A stretch of DNA of 64,000 nt from an uncultured delta proteobacterium (GTDB taxonomy: Bacteria; Desulfobacterota; Binatia; UBA9968). The notes below the pieces were generated by a model, which worked only from the letters and a program-made list of their open reading frames with translations, did not search any database and was not told the DNA's origin. Below are positions 42,383 through 50,565 of the stretch, piece by piece (within the stretch, counting starts at the first letter, position 1; every line of letters starts with the position of its first letter). The stretch is taken from NCBI GenBank assembly GCA_963804165.1, contig CAWDPO010000010.1, positions 96,001 to 160,000 of the forward strand, in the 5' to 3' direction. The position numbers and the translations under genes were made by a program.

Positions 42383-43309
42383 TTACCCTTTTTTCACGGC
42401 TCCGAGCAAGCTTCGCACGTTGTAATCGATAAACTTGATGTAGGTGTCAGTCTCAGCCGAGCCGCCGGCGATGCTTTGCAGGCGCACGACGCTCGCGCCA
42501 GTTTGGCTCGCCAGCTGCCGGGGATATCGGTCACTCTGCGCTCCATAGATGATCAACTGAGTCTTTTCTTGCTGCATCTTCTGAGCGAGCGCAACCAAAT
42601 GATTCGGCGTTGGCTCGATGCCCGGTTTAAGTTCGATGATGCCGACCTGCTGTAAGCCAAACCGATTGGCAAAATAGGACCACTCTACATGGTAGGTAAC
42701 AATCTTGACGCCTTTGAGCGGAACGGCCATGCTTTGCCAACGCGCAATTGCTTTGTCTAACTCGCCTAGGTAAGCGTTTAGGTTTTTGTCGAACAACGCC
42801 TTGTGCTGGGGGTAGTTGCGCGACAGACCATCGGCGATGTTGCGCGCCATGATTCTGCCGCTTAGAGGATCGAGATTGTAATGCGGATTGCCCTTTGGGT
42901 GTACGTCGCCTTCCGAACGGTCAACCGTTCTGGGAACTTCAAGCACGTTGATCCCGACGGAACAATCGATATTGCCCGCTTGACCGGGAAGTATTTTGGT
43001 ATTGTTGGCAACCTCCATCAACGCTGGCAACCACGAAATTTCCAAATCCAACCCCATTTCGACCAGGATATCGGCGCGGTTAAGCTTGGGCACGAAACTT
43101 GGCTTCACCGGGACCGCGTGCATGAACTCCACGCCTCTGGTAAGACTCTCGACGTCCACCAGCTCTTTGCCGATCTGTTTGGTGATATCGGCTAGTTCGG
43201 GCGTCGTCGTGATTACACGGATTTGCTGCGCGTAGACAGGGATCTGAAGTCCCAGGACTAGCGATGCGACCGAGAGACAAAAAACCACTATTCTACGAAT
43301 CATGTTCAT
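42383..43309 (-). CDS. Metal ABC substrate-binding protein (cluster A-I, ZnuA/TroA-like)
   Basis: Signal peptide, FMHAV, GLDLEISWL, GDVHPKGNPHYNLDP, TYHVEWSYF, ELKPGIEPT. Confidence 0.9.
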   Translation of the reverse strand: MNMIRRIVVFCLSVASLVLGLQIPVYAQQIRVITTTPELADITKQIGKELVDVESLTRGVEFMHAVPVKPSFVPKLNRADILVEMGLDLEISWLPALMEVANNTKILPGQAGNIDCSVGINVLEVPRTVDRSEGDVHPKGNPHYNLDPLSGRIMARNIADGLSRNYPQHKALFDKNLNAYLGELDKAIARWQSMAVPLKGVKIVTYHVEWSYFANRFGLQQVGIIELKPGIEPTPNHLVALAQKMQQEKTQLIIYGAQSDRYPRQLASQTGASVVRLQSIAGGSAETDTYIKFIDYNVRSLLGAVKKG

Positions 43310-43335
43310 GGGAAAATCTCCTATTGAAGATATTA

Positions 43336-44586
43336 CTAGCGGTTACGGAAGCCATGCGTATGGCTGCCTAAAACGGTCGTCCATTGTAAGAAAAATTGGT
43401 GACCGCGCTCAGTTTTTTCTTCGCGCACCTTGTCGTCAAGGTAGCTGTACTGAAGGCGCAGCCGGTTGAACTCGCTTAAGTTCCAAGTGACGAAGGGCGA
43501 ATATCCGATCGTCTTTTTACCGGGACTGGCCAAACTCGGCGCGTTGTCATACAGAAAGCCCGCCGCCCATTCACGGGTTAGTTTGGCTTCCCCATAGACG
43601 TAACCGCCGGGCGCAAACACGCGCTGAAATCCTGAAGCGCGCTCCACCCGCTCGCTATTGCCAAAGAATTCACCGCCGATGGTGAGCCCTTGATAGAGCG
43701 TGCTTCCTAACGGTTGATAGCGGTAAGTCACGTCGACTCCGGTCAAAGTCCGGTCTCCGCCGAAGGGATCCTCCGGAATTCTGATCGACGGCGTATAAGC
43801 CAGACTTGTTCCCAACTCGACGCTATGGTTGTCGGAAAGATCGAAGTATGCCTGCAGCCTGCCAAGGTAGGTAAATCGGCTCCAGGCGCGCGACTTGGTA
43901 TCATCGAGCCGCTCGTTTTCGGCGCCAAGTTTGTTGTATCCGCCAACTGTCCCTCTCAAGAAGAACGGAGTGGGAAAGAGATAACTCAGCTCGGCACCGT
44001 CGGCCTGGGATTCTCCACCAACGATTCGCTCTAACGATAACGGTGTATTGACGAACGCATACTCGTGAGGATGAAATTTAGCCAGGCGGCCGAAGTCGGC
44101 AAAGAAACGGCCGGCACGCGCTTGCAAGTTCCACGGCAAAGACGTCGTGACCATCGCCGCCTCTTCCACTTCGACGCCTTCCCCGCTGCCGGTAAAAAAT
44201 GCGTAACCGCGAGCGTAAGGATCGATGGACGCAGCGATACCTATCTCCGCCGAGCGGAAGTTAAATGTGCCGCCAGCCTTGGCACGGTGTTCCGCCGTCG
44301 CATCGATGGCCATGCCAATGGCCGGGTTGAGCATCGAAGGCGCCCTCTGAACCGCCTGAACTGATTTTTCGACGTTGCCGACTCTAGCAGACGTATCGGT
44401 CTTTTCCTTTTCCAATTGATCGAGACGCTGCAACGCCTTCTGCAGCTGCTGCTGCAGGCCGTCGACGACGCCACGTAACGCTTGGATCTCTGAGCTTTGC
44501 GCTAAAGCGACTGTTGGTAGTAAAAGCAAAACCCCCAATAAGGCGAATGCCGCGCTGCGCTGCGGCGATGCTGATAAAGAAGACAT
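43336..44586 (-). CDS. Outer-membrane beta-barrel (porin-like) with N-terminal coiled coil
   Basis: Signal peptide, coiled coil, NPAIG, IDPY, EEA, FHPH, SEFNRLRLQY, C-terminal LGSHTHGF; a type I associate with metal ABC loci. Confidence 0.75.
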   Translation of the reverse strand: MSSLSASPQRSAAFALLGVLLLLPTVALAQSSEIQALRGVVDGLQQQLQKALQRLDQLEKEKTDTSARVGNVEKSVQAVQRAPSMLNPAIGMAIDATAEHRAKAGGTFNFRSAEIGIAASIDPYARGYAFFTGSGEGVEVEEAAMVTTSLPWNLQARAGRFFADFGRLAKFHPHEYAFVNTPLSLERIVGGESQADGAELSYLFPTPFFLRGTVGGYNKLGAENERLDDTKSRAWSRFTYLGRLQAYFDLSDNHSVELGTSLAYTPSIRIPEDPFGGDRTLTGVDVTYRYQPLGSTLYQGLTIGGEFFGNSERVERASGFQRVFAPGGYVYGEAKLTREWAAGFLYDNAPSLASPGKKTIGYSPFVTWNLSEFNRLRLQYSYLDDKVREEKTERGHQFFLQWTTVLGSHTHGFRNR

Positions 44587-44693
44587 TCGAGACCTCCCTC
44601 AATACAAAGCCGTCGCCCCCCTAAAAACGACAGGCGTGAATAGAAGGGAGACCGGATGTGGTTATGTTGCGACTTGGATTACGAACCAAGAAA

Positions 44694-44990
44694 CTACAGG
44701 GAGGCGGAGGAAGGCGGCCCGCGAACTTTTTGCAGCTTAGACCAGTCACCGGCCCACGAGAACACATAGTGCGCGGCGAAACCGGTGACTAGAAATGTCG
44801 GAACGACAACCGGCGAATCGGCCTGCAAAGCCAGCTGCGTGCGCGTGCCGTGAACGCAAGTGCATTCTTTCGCGAGCTGTGAGGTTGGAGTAACGGCATG
44901 ATAGTGCAGAGGCAGGAAAACCAGGAAAGCTAAAAGGACTGCGCCAATTAGCCGGCGAACGCTGCTTCGCTCCGTTGGGGACTCTGACAC
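44694..44990 (-). CDS. DUF2946-like leader peptide with C-terminal RGPP motif
   Basis: GTG start; TM segment, LHYH, ECTCVH, VRGPPSSASL*; directly upstream of the metal uptake operon. Confidence 0.75.
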   Translation of the reverse strand: MSESPTERSSVRRLIGAVLLAFLVFLPLHYHAVTPTSQLAKECTCVHGTRTQLALQADSPVVVPTFLVTGFAAHYVFSWAGDWSKLQKVRGPPSSASL

Positions 44991-44997
44991 GATCACG

Positions 44998-45026
44998 AAA
45001 CTATCCAAGCCTCTGCCACTTGTCAA
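44998..45026 (-). promoter_or_regulatory. Sigma70-type promoter of the metal uptake operon
   Basis: TTGACA-17 bp-TAGTTT ending 7 nt before the GTG (near-leaderless mRNA). Confidence 0.65.
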
Positions 45027-45272
45027 TTGGCCTGCTCTCGCTCGGGGTCGCCACCTTTTTGTCTCATGCTGATGCCGATTCGGGCATTACATTAGGAATA
45101 GGGCTTATCAAACTTAGTCGCACCGAGCCTTTCTGACTGGACGACTCGGCAAAGGCGAAACAGGTCTCCGGACAGGATTGGTGAATTTTTGCCAACGGAG
45201 TAAGATCATCGGACTTTCATTGACCTAGGGCCAATATCTCTGCCCGAGGGGTGGTCCCGACTCAACGATCGT

Positions 45273-45300
45273 GTAAACCTCCTGTGGATTGGCGCGTCTA
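45273..45300 (+). promoter_or_regulatory. Putative ECF sigma-dependent promoter
   Basis: GTAAAC-16 bp-CGTCTA matches the AAC/CGT ECF pattern; lies upstream of the operon encoding the ECF sigma. Confidence 0.5.
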
Positions 45301-45346
45301 AGGCGAATAGACCGCAACAAATTATCAATAATCAGGAGGGCTTGGC

Positions 45347-45789
45347 ATGATCGAAGGAAAATCATTTTTCGCCGTTGGGGTGCTGGTATCGGCGCTGGTA
45401 TTCGTCGGTTCACCACTGCTCGCCTCCGAAGGCGTAATCAGCCCCGGAGAAAAGCACGAGTTGCGCCATGACCGTCGCGAAATTCGTCGCGATCGGCGAG
45501 GAAATCCACGGCGACCGCAGAGAGGTTCATCGGCGATCGGAAAGAGCTTCGAGGCGATCGCCGCGAGCTAGTCCGGGATCGGCACGAACTTCATCGGGAT
45601 CTCAAGAGTGGTGCCGGCAAAGCGGAGATTACTCGAGACTTGAGGGAAATTCACCGCGACCGTAATGAAATCGTCGATGACAAGCTGGATCTCACCAAGG
45701 ACGTAAAGGAAACTAGGGGCGATCGACGCGAGCTGCGCCAGGACCGCAGAGAATTTCGCCGCGACGCGAAAGACGCGCTGAAGGACTAA
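45347..45789 (+). CDS. Exported heptad-repeat (xDRRE[LI]x) His/Arg-rich protein, frameshifted
   Basis: SD AGGAGG, signal peptide, repeats HDRREIR/RDRREIH/GDRREVH/GDRKELR/RDRHELH; indels near 45500 and 45530. Confidence 0.7.
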
Positions 45790-45801
45790 AAGGGAGCGAG
45801 T

Positions 45802-46464
45802 GTGACTCCTATTGAGCCGGCGGCAGCGATGAGCGCTTTCCGCCGGCCCTTCCTCGGTTTCGCCGGCGCGGCAAGATCATCAAAGGATTGGAGTCCATTA
45901 GTGAATCCCGGGGACGAGGAGTTGGTGGCGTTGGCCCAACAGGGCGATCGCCGGGCATTCGAGGAACTTGTGGAACGTCATAAACAAAAGGCCTATTACA
46001 TCGCCTTTGATTTCTCCCGCGATCGCGAAGACGCCAAGGATCTATCGCAGGAAGCGTTTCTGAAGGCGTTTACCAATCTCAAAAAGTTCGACGGGCGATC
46101 GAGCTTTTATACTTGGTTCTACCGCATTCTCGTCAACCTTTGCTTGGATTATAAACGGCGCCAAAAACGAACCCTGACGGACTCGTTTGACGAAACCCAC
46201 GAGAGCCATATGGAGTCATCTCACCAACCTCAGACACCCCTCGCACCCGATCAACAAGTATCAGCCGGACAGTTTTCGCGTCGGATCGGGGAAGCGCTCG
46301 AAGCTCTGCCAGCCAGGCAAAGAACGGCGTTCATACTCAAAAATCATCAGGGACTATCGATCAAAGAAATCGCCGACCTGATGGAGACGGCAGAGGGTAC
46401 CGTTAAAGTGCATCTGCACCGCGCGGTGACGGCGCTCAGACAGAGTCTGGCGGAGTTCGCCTAG
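45802..46464 (+). CDS. ECF RNA polymerase sigma factor
   Basis: GDRRAFEELV, DLSQEAFLKAF, SFYTWFYRILVN, region 4 GLSIKEIA..GTVKVHLHRA; alternative GTG start at 45901. Confidence 0.93.
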   Translation: MTPIEPAAAMSAFRRPFLGFAGAARSSKDWSPLVNPGDEELVALAQQGDRRAFEELVERHKQKAYYIAFDFSRDREDAKDLSQEAFLKAFTNLKKFDGRSSFYTWFYRILVNLCLDYKRRQKRTLTDSFDETHESHMESSHQPQTPLAPDQQVSAGQFSRRIGEALEALPARQRTAFILKNHQGLSIKEIADLMETAEGTVKVHLHRAVTALRQSLAEFA

Positions 46465-46473
46465 GAGGTAGGT

Positions 46474-46992
46474 ATGGCGGATCACAAAAAAGTTCTCTCT
46501 CCCCCATGCAAACAATTGGAAGAAGATCTCGTGCTGTTCCATTACGGCGATCTCGCTGGCACTGAGCGCGATGCGCTCCAAGTGCATCTTGCCAGCTGTG
46601 CCGGCTGCGCCGATTACTTGAAGGAACTCACGGCGCTTTTACCGCTGACCGTCATGACCGACGAACCGCCGCAAACTTTTTGGACGGACTACAGCCGCGA
46701 ACTGCGTCACAAGATTGCAGCCGCGAGCGAAAAGAATTTCTGGCGTCAACGTTTAAACACGCTATTTCAACCGCGGCTTGTGCCTGCGTTAGCCGCCGCC
46801 GGGGTGGTCGCGCTGGCGCTGACGTTTACTTTGGGCAAAGGCATGTGGCGCGCGAATGATCCGGCGCAAGAAGATGCCGTCATGTTGGAAATGCTCCCTG
46901 TGGCGGAAAATTTGGAATTTTTCAATGCCATGGAGGTGCTCGATGACTTGGATCTCTTGGAGTCGATGGGCAACCAAAGCAACGCGGCCTAG
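46474..46992 (+). CDS. Zinc-finger (zf-HC2/ZAS) transmembrane anti-sigma factor
   Basis: HLASCAGC (HxxxCxxC) plus upstream Cys, one TM, acidic tail. Confidence 0.88.
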   Translation: MADHKKVLSPPCKQLEEDLVLFHYGDLAGTERDALQVHLASCAGCADYLKELTALLPLTVMTDEPPQTFWTDYSRELRHKIAAASEKNFWRQRLNTLFQPRLVPALAAAGVVALALTFTLGKGMWRANDPAQEDAVMLEMLPVAENLEFFNAMEVLDDLDLLESMGNQSNAA

Positions 46993-47009
46993 CCTAGCGC
47001 GGGGACACC

Positions 47010-47258
47010 ATGTCGTTGAATCCCTCGCTAGTCGCGCTTGCGCTGTTTGTCGCATCAGCCGGCTTTGCCGCGACCAAAGACCCCGGGCTGCCTGATCGAG
47101 AAATGTTAAAGATGATGGAACTGCTGCGGGAAATAGAAATGATCAAACAAATGGACTTGCTCCAGGACATGCACAACCTTGAAACCGGGGGCGATCAGGT
47201 CAAAAACACATCACCGCAAAAGCCCGCACCAGGAAAAAAGAAGGAGACCGTAAAGTGA
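47010..47258 (+). CDS. Small exported hypothetical protein
   Basis: Signal peptide; Met-rich helix; overlaps the next gene (GTGA). Confidence 0.65.
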   Translation: MSLNPSLVALALFVASAGFAATKDPGLPDREMLKMMELLREIEMIKQMDLLQDMHNLETGGDQVKNTSPQKPAPGKKKETVK

Positions 47259-47908
47259 AGTCATTGATACAATCCGTCGGTCATCTTTGGCTTTTGGTTC
47301 TCCTCTTGGTTCCGGCCGTGTGGAGCCAACCGTTGCCGCGCGGAGAGGCGCTGGCGCAATCTGACCATGAAGCGCTCGAACGTTGGCAAAGCATGACACC
47401 CGAGCAGAAGCAGGAGCTGCGCGATCGCTTTCAGCGCTGGAAAAATCTCCCCCCCGGCGAGCAGGAAGAGCTGCAGCGAAAGTACGACAACTGGCGCCGT
47501 CTGCCGCCGGAAGAAAAGGCTACGGCGCGGCGCAATTTCGAACGCTGGCAAAAAATGCCGCCTGAGCAGCGCGAGCGCCTGCAGGAACGCTGGCGCCAAT
47601 GGCGCGATCTGCCGCCGGAACGCCGCGAAGAGTTGCGCCAACGATTCCAAAAGCTGCGCGAAATGCCGCCGGAACAACGCCAAGAGCTTCGCCAGAAACT
47701 GATGGAGCGTCGCGAACGGCTGACCCCTGACGAAAAGCAACAGATGCGCGAAAAAGCGCGCGAACGCTTTGAACGTTCGTCACCCGAAGAAAAGCGGGAG
47801 GTTCGAGAAAAGCTCCGGGAGCTTAAGCAACGCGGCAATGTTGAAGAACGAAAACAGTTTCGTGAACGGCTGCGCGAGAAGCTGAATCAGCGCAAGGAAA
47901 AGGACTAG
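47255..47908 (+). CDS. DUF3106 family helical repeat protein
   Basis: Signal peptide; approximately 18-aa repeats WQSMTPEQK/WKNLPPGEQ/WRRLPPEEK/WQKMPPEQR. Confidence 0.85.
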   Translation: MKSLIQSVGHLWLLVLLLVPAVWSQPLPRGEALAQSDHEALERWQSMTPEQKQELRDRFQRWKNLPPGEQEELQRKYDNWRRLPPEEKATARRNFERWQKMPPEQRERLQERWRQWRDLPPERREELRQRFQKLREMPPEQRQELRQKLMERRERLTPDEKQQMREKARERFERSSPEEKREVREKLRELKQRGNVEERKQFRERLREKLNQRKEKD

Positions 47909-47911
47909 CCG

Positions 47912-49321
47912 ATGAGCGCGTCACTGGGCCAAGAGCAAAAAGTGGTTCATTTTTTGAATCGCACCAGTTTCGGGCCGACACGCGATTCCGTACAGAAGGT
48001 AACCCGGCTCGGTATCCGCGCCTACCTCGACGAGCAACTCGATCCCGAGAAAATCTCTGATACCCTGGTCGAAGAGAAAACCGCCGGGCTCAAAACCATC
48101 CGGCTCAATAGCGGCGAGCTCTTCGAGCTCTATCCGCCACCGAAAGTCGCTCAAGAGCGCGGCATGATGGCCGGGGAGATGCGGGCGCCGCGCTTCATTA
48201 TCTTCGAGCTGCAGCAGGCGCGGTTGCTGCGCGCCGTGCACAGCCAGCGCCAGCTCTTCGAGTTGATGGTGGATTTCTGGAACAACCATTTCAATATTTT
48301 CGCCGCCAAGGGCGCCGACCGCTGGCTGACGACTTCCTACGATCGCGATACGATCCGGCCGCACGCGCTCGGCAGATTTCGCGATTTGTTACTCGCGACG
48401 GCACGCAGCCCGGCCATGCTTTTCTATTTGGATAATTGGCTGAGCGTCAGCCCGAATACTACTCTGACGAGAATGCCCGCGAACGCGCGCCGCCGCGGCA
48501 TCAATGAAAATTATGCGCGGGAGATCATGGAACTGCATACCTTGGGGGTCGATGGCGGCTATACCCAGCAAGACGTTCGTGAAGTCGCGCGCTGTTTTAC
48601 CGGATGGACGTTGTTGCGGCCGCGCGGCGACGCTGAGTTTCACTTCGAGCCCCGCCTGCACGATCAAGGCGCCAAAACAGTGTTGGGCATGCGCATCCCG
48701 GCGGGCGGCGGAATGGACGATGGCATGAAAGTCATCGATCTTCTGGCGCGCCATCCGTCTACGGCTAAATTTATTGCAACCAAACTCGCACGCCGCTTCG
48801 TCGCCGATGACCCACCCGCGTCTGTCGTCAATCGTGCCACCGAGGCTTTTCGCCGCAGCGATGGCGATATTCGCACCGTGGTTCGAGCCATCATCGACTC
48901 ACCCGAGTTTTTTTCTCCTGAAGTTTATCAAGCCAAAGTGAAAAAACCTCTCGAGTTCGCCGCCAGCGCCCTGCGCGCGACGAATGCGGAGACGCGAGTG
49001 ACTCTGCAACTCTTGCGCTATCTGGGCCGCATGGGCGAGCCGCTGTTTTTAGCCCAGCCGCCGACCGGCTATCCGGACGTCGGTTCGTCTTGGATCAGCC
49101 CCGACATGTTGTTGACGCGCGTGAACTTCGCGGCCGATCTCGTGGCCAATCGCCTTGACGGCACGCGCGTGCAAGTGGACGATTTGCAAGATACTCAGGC
49201 TTTAATACGTCTGATCGCCCCCGATTCCCTTTCCCCGGCAACGCAGGCCGCGTTGGCGGAAACCAAAGCAAGAGAAGCGCCGGCGTTATTGCTCGCCGCG
49301 CCGGAATTTCAACGGAGGTAA
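47912..49321 (+). CDS. DUF1800 family protein
   Basis: HFLNRTSFGP, MVDFWNNHF, SPAMLFYLDN, NENYAREIMELHTLG, PEFQRR. Confidence 0.92.
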   Translation: MSASLGQEQKVVHFLNRTSFGPTRDSVQKVTRLGIRAYLDEQLDPEKISDTLVEEKTAGLKTIRLNSGELFELYPPPKVAQERGMMAGEMRAPRFIIFELQQARLLRAVHSQRQLFELMVDFWNNHFNIFAAKGADRWLTTSYDRDTIRPHALGRFRDLLLATARSPAMLFYLDNWLSVSPNTTLTRMPANARRRGINENYAREIMELHTLGVDGGYTQQDVREVARCFTGWTLLRPRGDAEFHFEPRLHDQGAKTVLGMRIPAGGGMDDGMKVIDLLARHPSTAKFIATKLARRFVADDPPASVVNRATEAFRRSDGDIRTVVRAIIDSPEFFSPEVYQAKVKKPLEFAASALRATNAETRVTLQLLRYLGRMGEPLFLAQPPTGYPDVGSSWISPDMLLTRVNFAADLVANRLDGTRVQVDDLQDTQALIRLIAPDSLSPATQAALAETKAREAPALLLAAPEFQRR

Positions 49322-49323
49322 CG

Positions 49324-50544
49324 ATGAACCGTTCGCGCCGTTCGTTTCTTAAATCGGCTGGGATGGGATTTTTAGCATTTGGACTACCGCCCACATTTCT
49401 CGTGCGCGCCGCAGCCGCTCAACAGAGTGGGCGCGGCAGAGTCCTGGTGGTGGTGTTTCAGCGCGGCGGCATGGACGGACTGAACGTCGTGATTCCGTTC
49501 AAAGACCGCGCCTATTACGCGCTCAGGCCGAGCATCGCCGTCGCCGAGCCGGCGTCGGGCGAAGAGCGTGCCATCGATCTCGACGGGTTTTACGCACTCC
49601 ATCCCGCTCTGGCACCTCTGAAGAGTTTTTACGACAAGGGCCAGCTGGCGATCGTGCACGCCGCCGGTTCGCCGGATAACAGCCGCTCGCATTTCGACTC
49701 GCAGGATTACATGGAGCTCGGTACGCCCGGAATCAAAAACACGCCCGACGGTTGGCTCAATCGCAGTCTCCATGAGAAACATGCGGATGACTCGCCGTTT
49801 CGCGGCGTTGCGGTCGGTCCGCAAACGCCGCGCATGCTGGCCGGCGCCGTGCCGACGTTGTCGATCTCTTCCATCGAAGAATTTCGCTTACGCAATGCAG
49901 CGATGGCGCCGGCTTTGGAAAAACTCTATGCCAGCTCAAACGATCCGCTGTTTCGCCGCGGCGGCAACAGTTTATTCGATGCCATGGCAAAGCTGCGCGT
50001 CATCGAATCCAAGATACCGCCGAGCACAGCGAGCTATCCTACCGGTAAATTCGGTGTGGGACTGAAACAGATTGCCCGGCTGATCAAAGCCGATGTCGGA
50101 CTCGAGATCGCCTTTGCTGAAATCGAGGGTTGGGACACGCACGTCGCCGAAGGCGGCGCCACCGGCCAGTTAGCAAATCGCCTAAAGGAACTTGGCGACG
50201 GCCTTGCGGCATTCTATCAAGACTTGGACGATCGCATGGAAAATGTCGTGCTCGTGACGATGTCGGAGTTTGGCCGCACGGCCAGAGAAAACGGCAATCG
50301 CGGCACCGACCACGGTCACGCCAACGTCATGTTCGTGCTCGGCGGAGGCGTACGCGGCGGCAAAGTCTACGGGCGCTGGCCGGGCCTGGCGCCGGAAGTT
50401 CTTTATGAAGGCCGAGACCTCGCTTTGACAACCGACTACCGCACCGTCTGCGGCGAAGTCCTGGCGCGCCACCTGGCGCAACGAGAGCTTGGGAGAATTT
50501 TTCCAGGTTTTCGCTCGCCGACTTCATTAGGCGTCGTGGTGTAA
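49324..50544 (+). CDS. DUF1501 family protein (Tat signal)
   Basis: SRRSFLK, RGGMDGLN, RSHFDSQ, GWDTH, SEFGRT, GTDHGH. Confidence 0.92.
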   Translation: MNRSRRSFLKSAGMGFLAFGLPPTFLVRAAAAQQSGRGRVLVVVFQRGGMDGLNVVIPFKDRAYYALRPSIAVAEPASGEERAIDLDGFYALHPALAPLKSFYDKGQLAIVHAAGSPDNSRSHFDSQDYMELGTPGIKNTPDGWLNRSLHEKHADDSPFRGVAVGPQTPRMLAGAVPTLSISSIEEFRLRNAAMAPALEKLYASSNDPLFRRGGNSLFDAMAKLRVIESKIPPSTASYPTGKFGVGLKQIARLIKADVGLEIAFAEIEGWDTHVAEGGATGQLANRLKELGDGLAAFYQDLDDRMENVVLVTMSEFGRTARENGNRGTDHGHANVMFVLGGGVRGGKVYGRWPGLAPEVLYEGRDLALTTDYRTVCGEVLARHLAQRELGRIFPGFRSPTSLGVVV

Positions 50545-50565
50545 GAATACCACAGACCGTGCTCC

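Noticed and set aside
44655-44675. GTTATGTTGC as a Zur box
   Set aside because: Weak half-site, not palindromic, far downstream of the promoter
45460-45770. 21-bp periodic repeats as a CRISPR array
   Set aside because: Degenerate coding heptads without unique spacers; no cas genes
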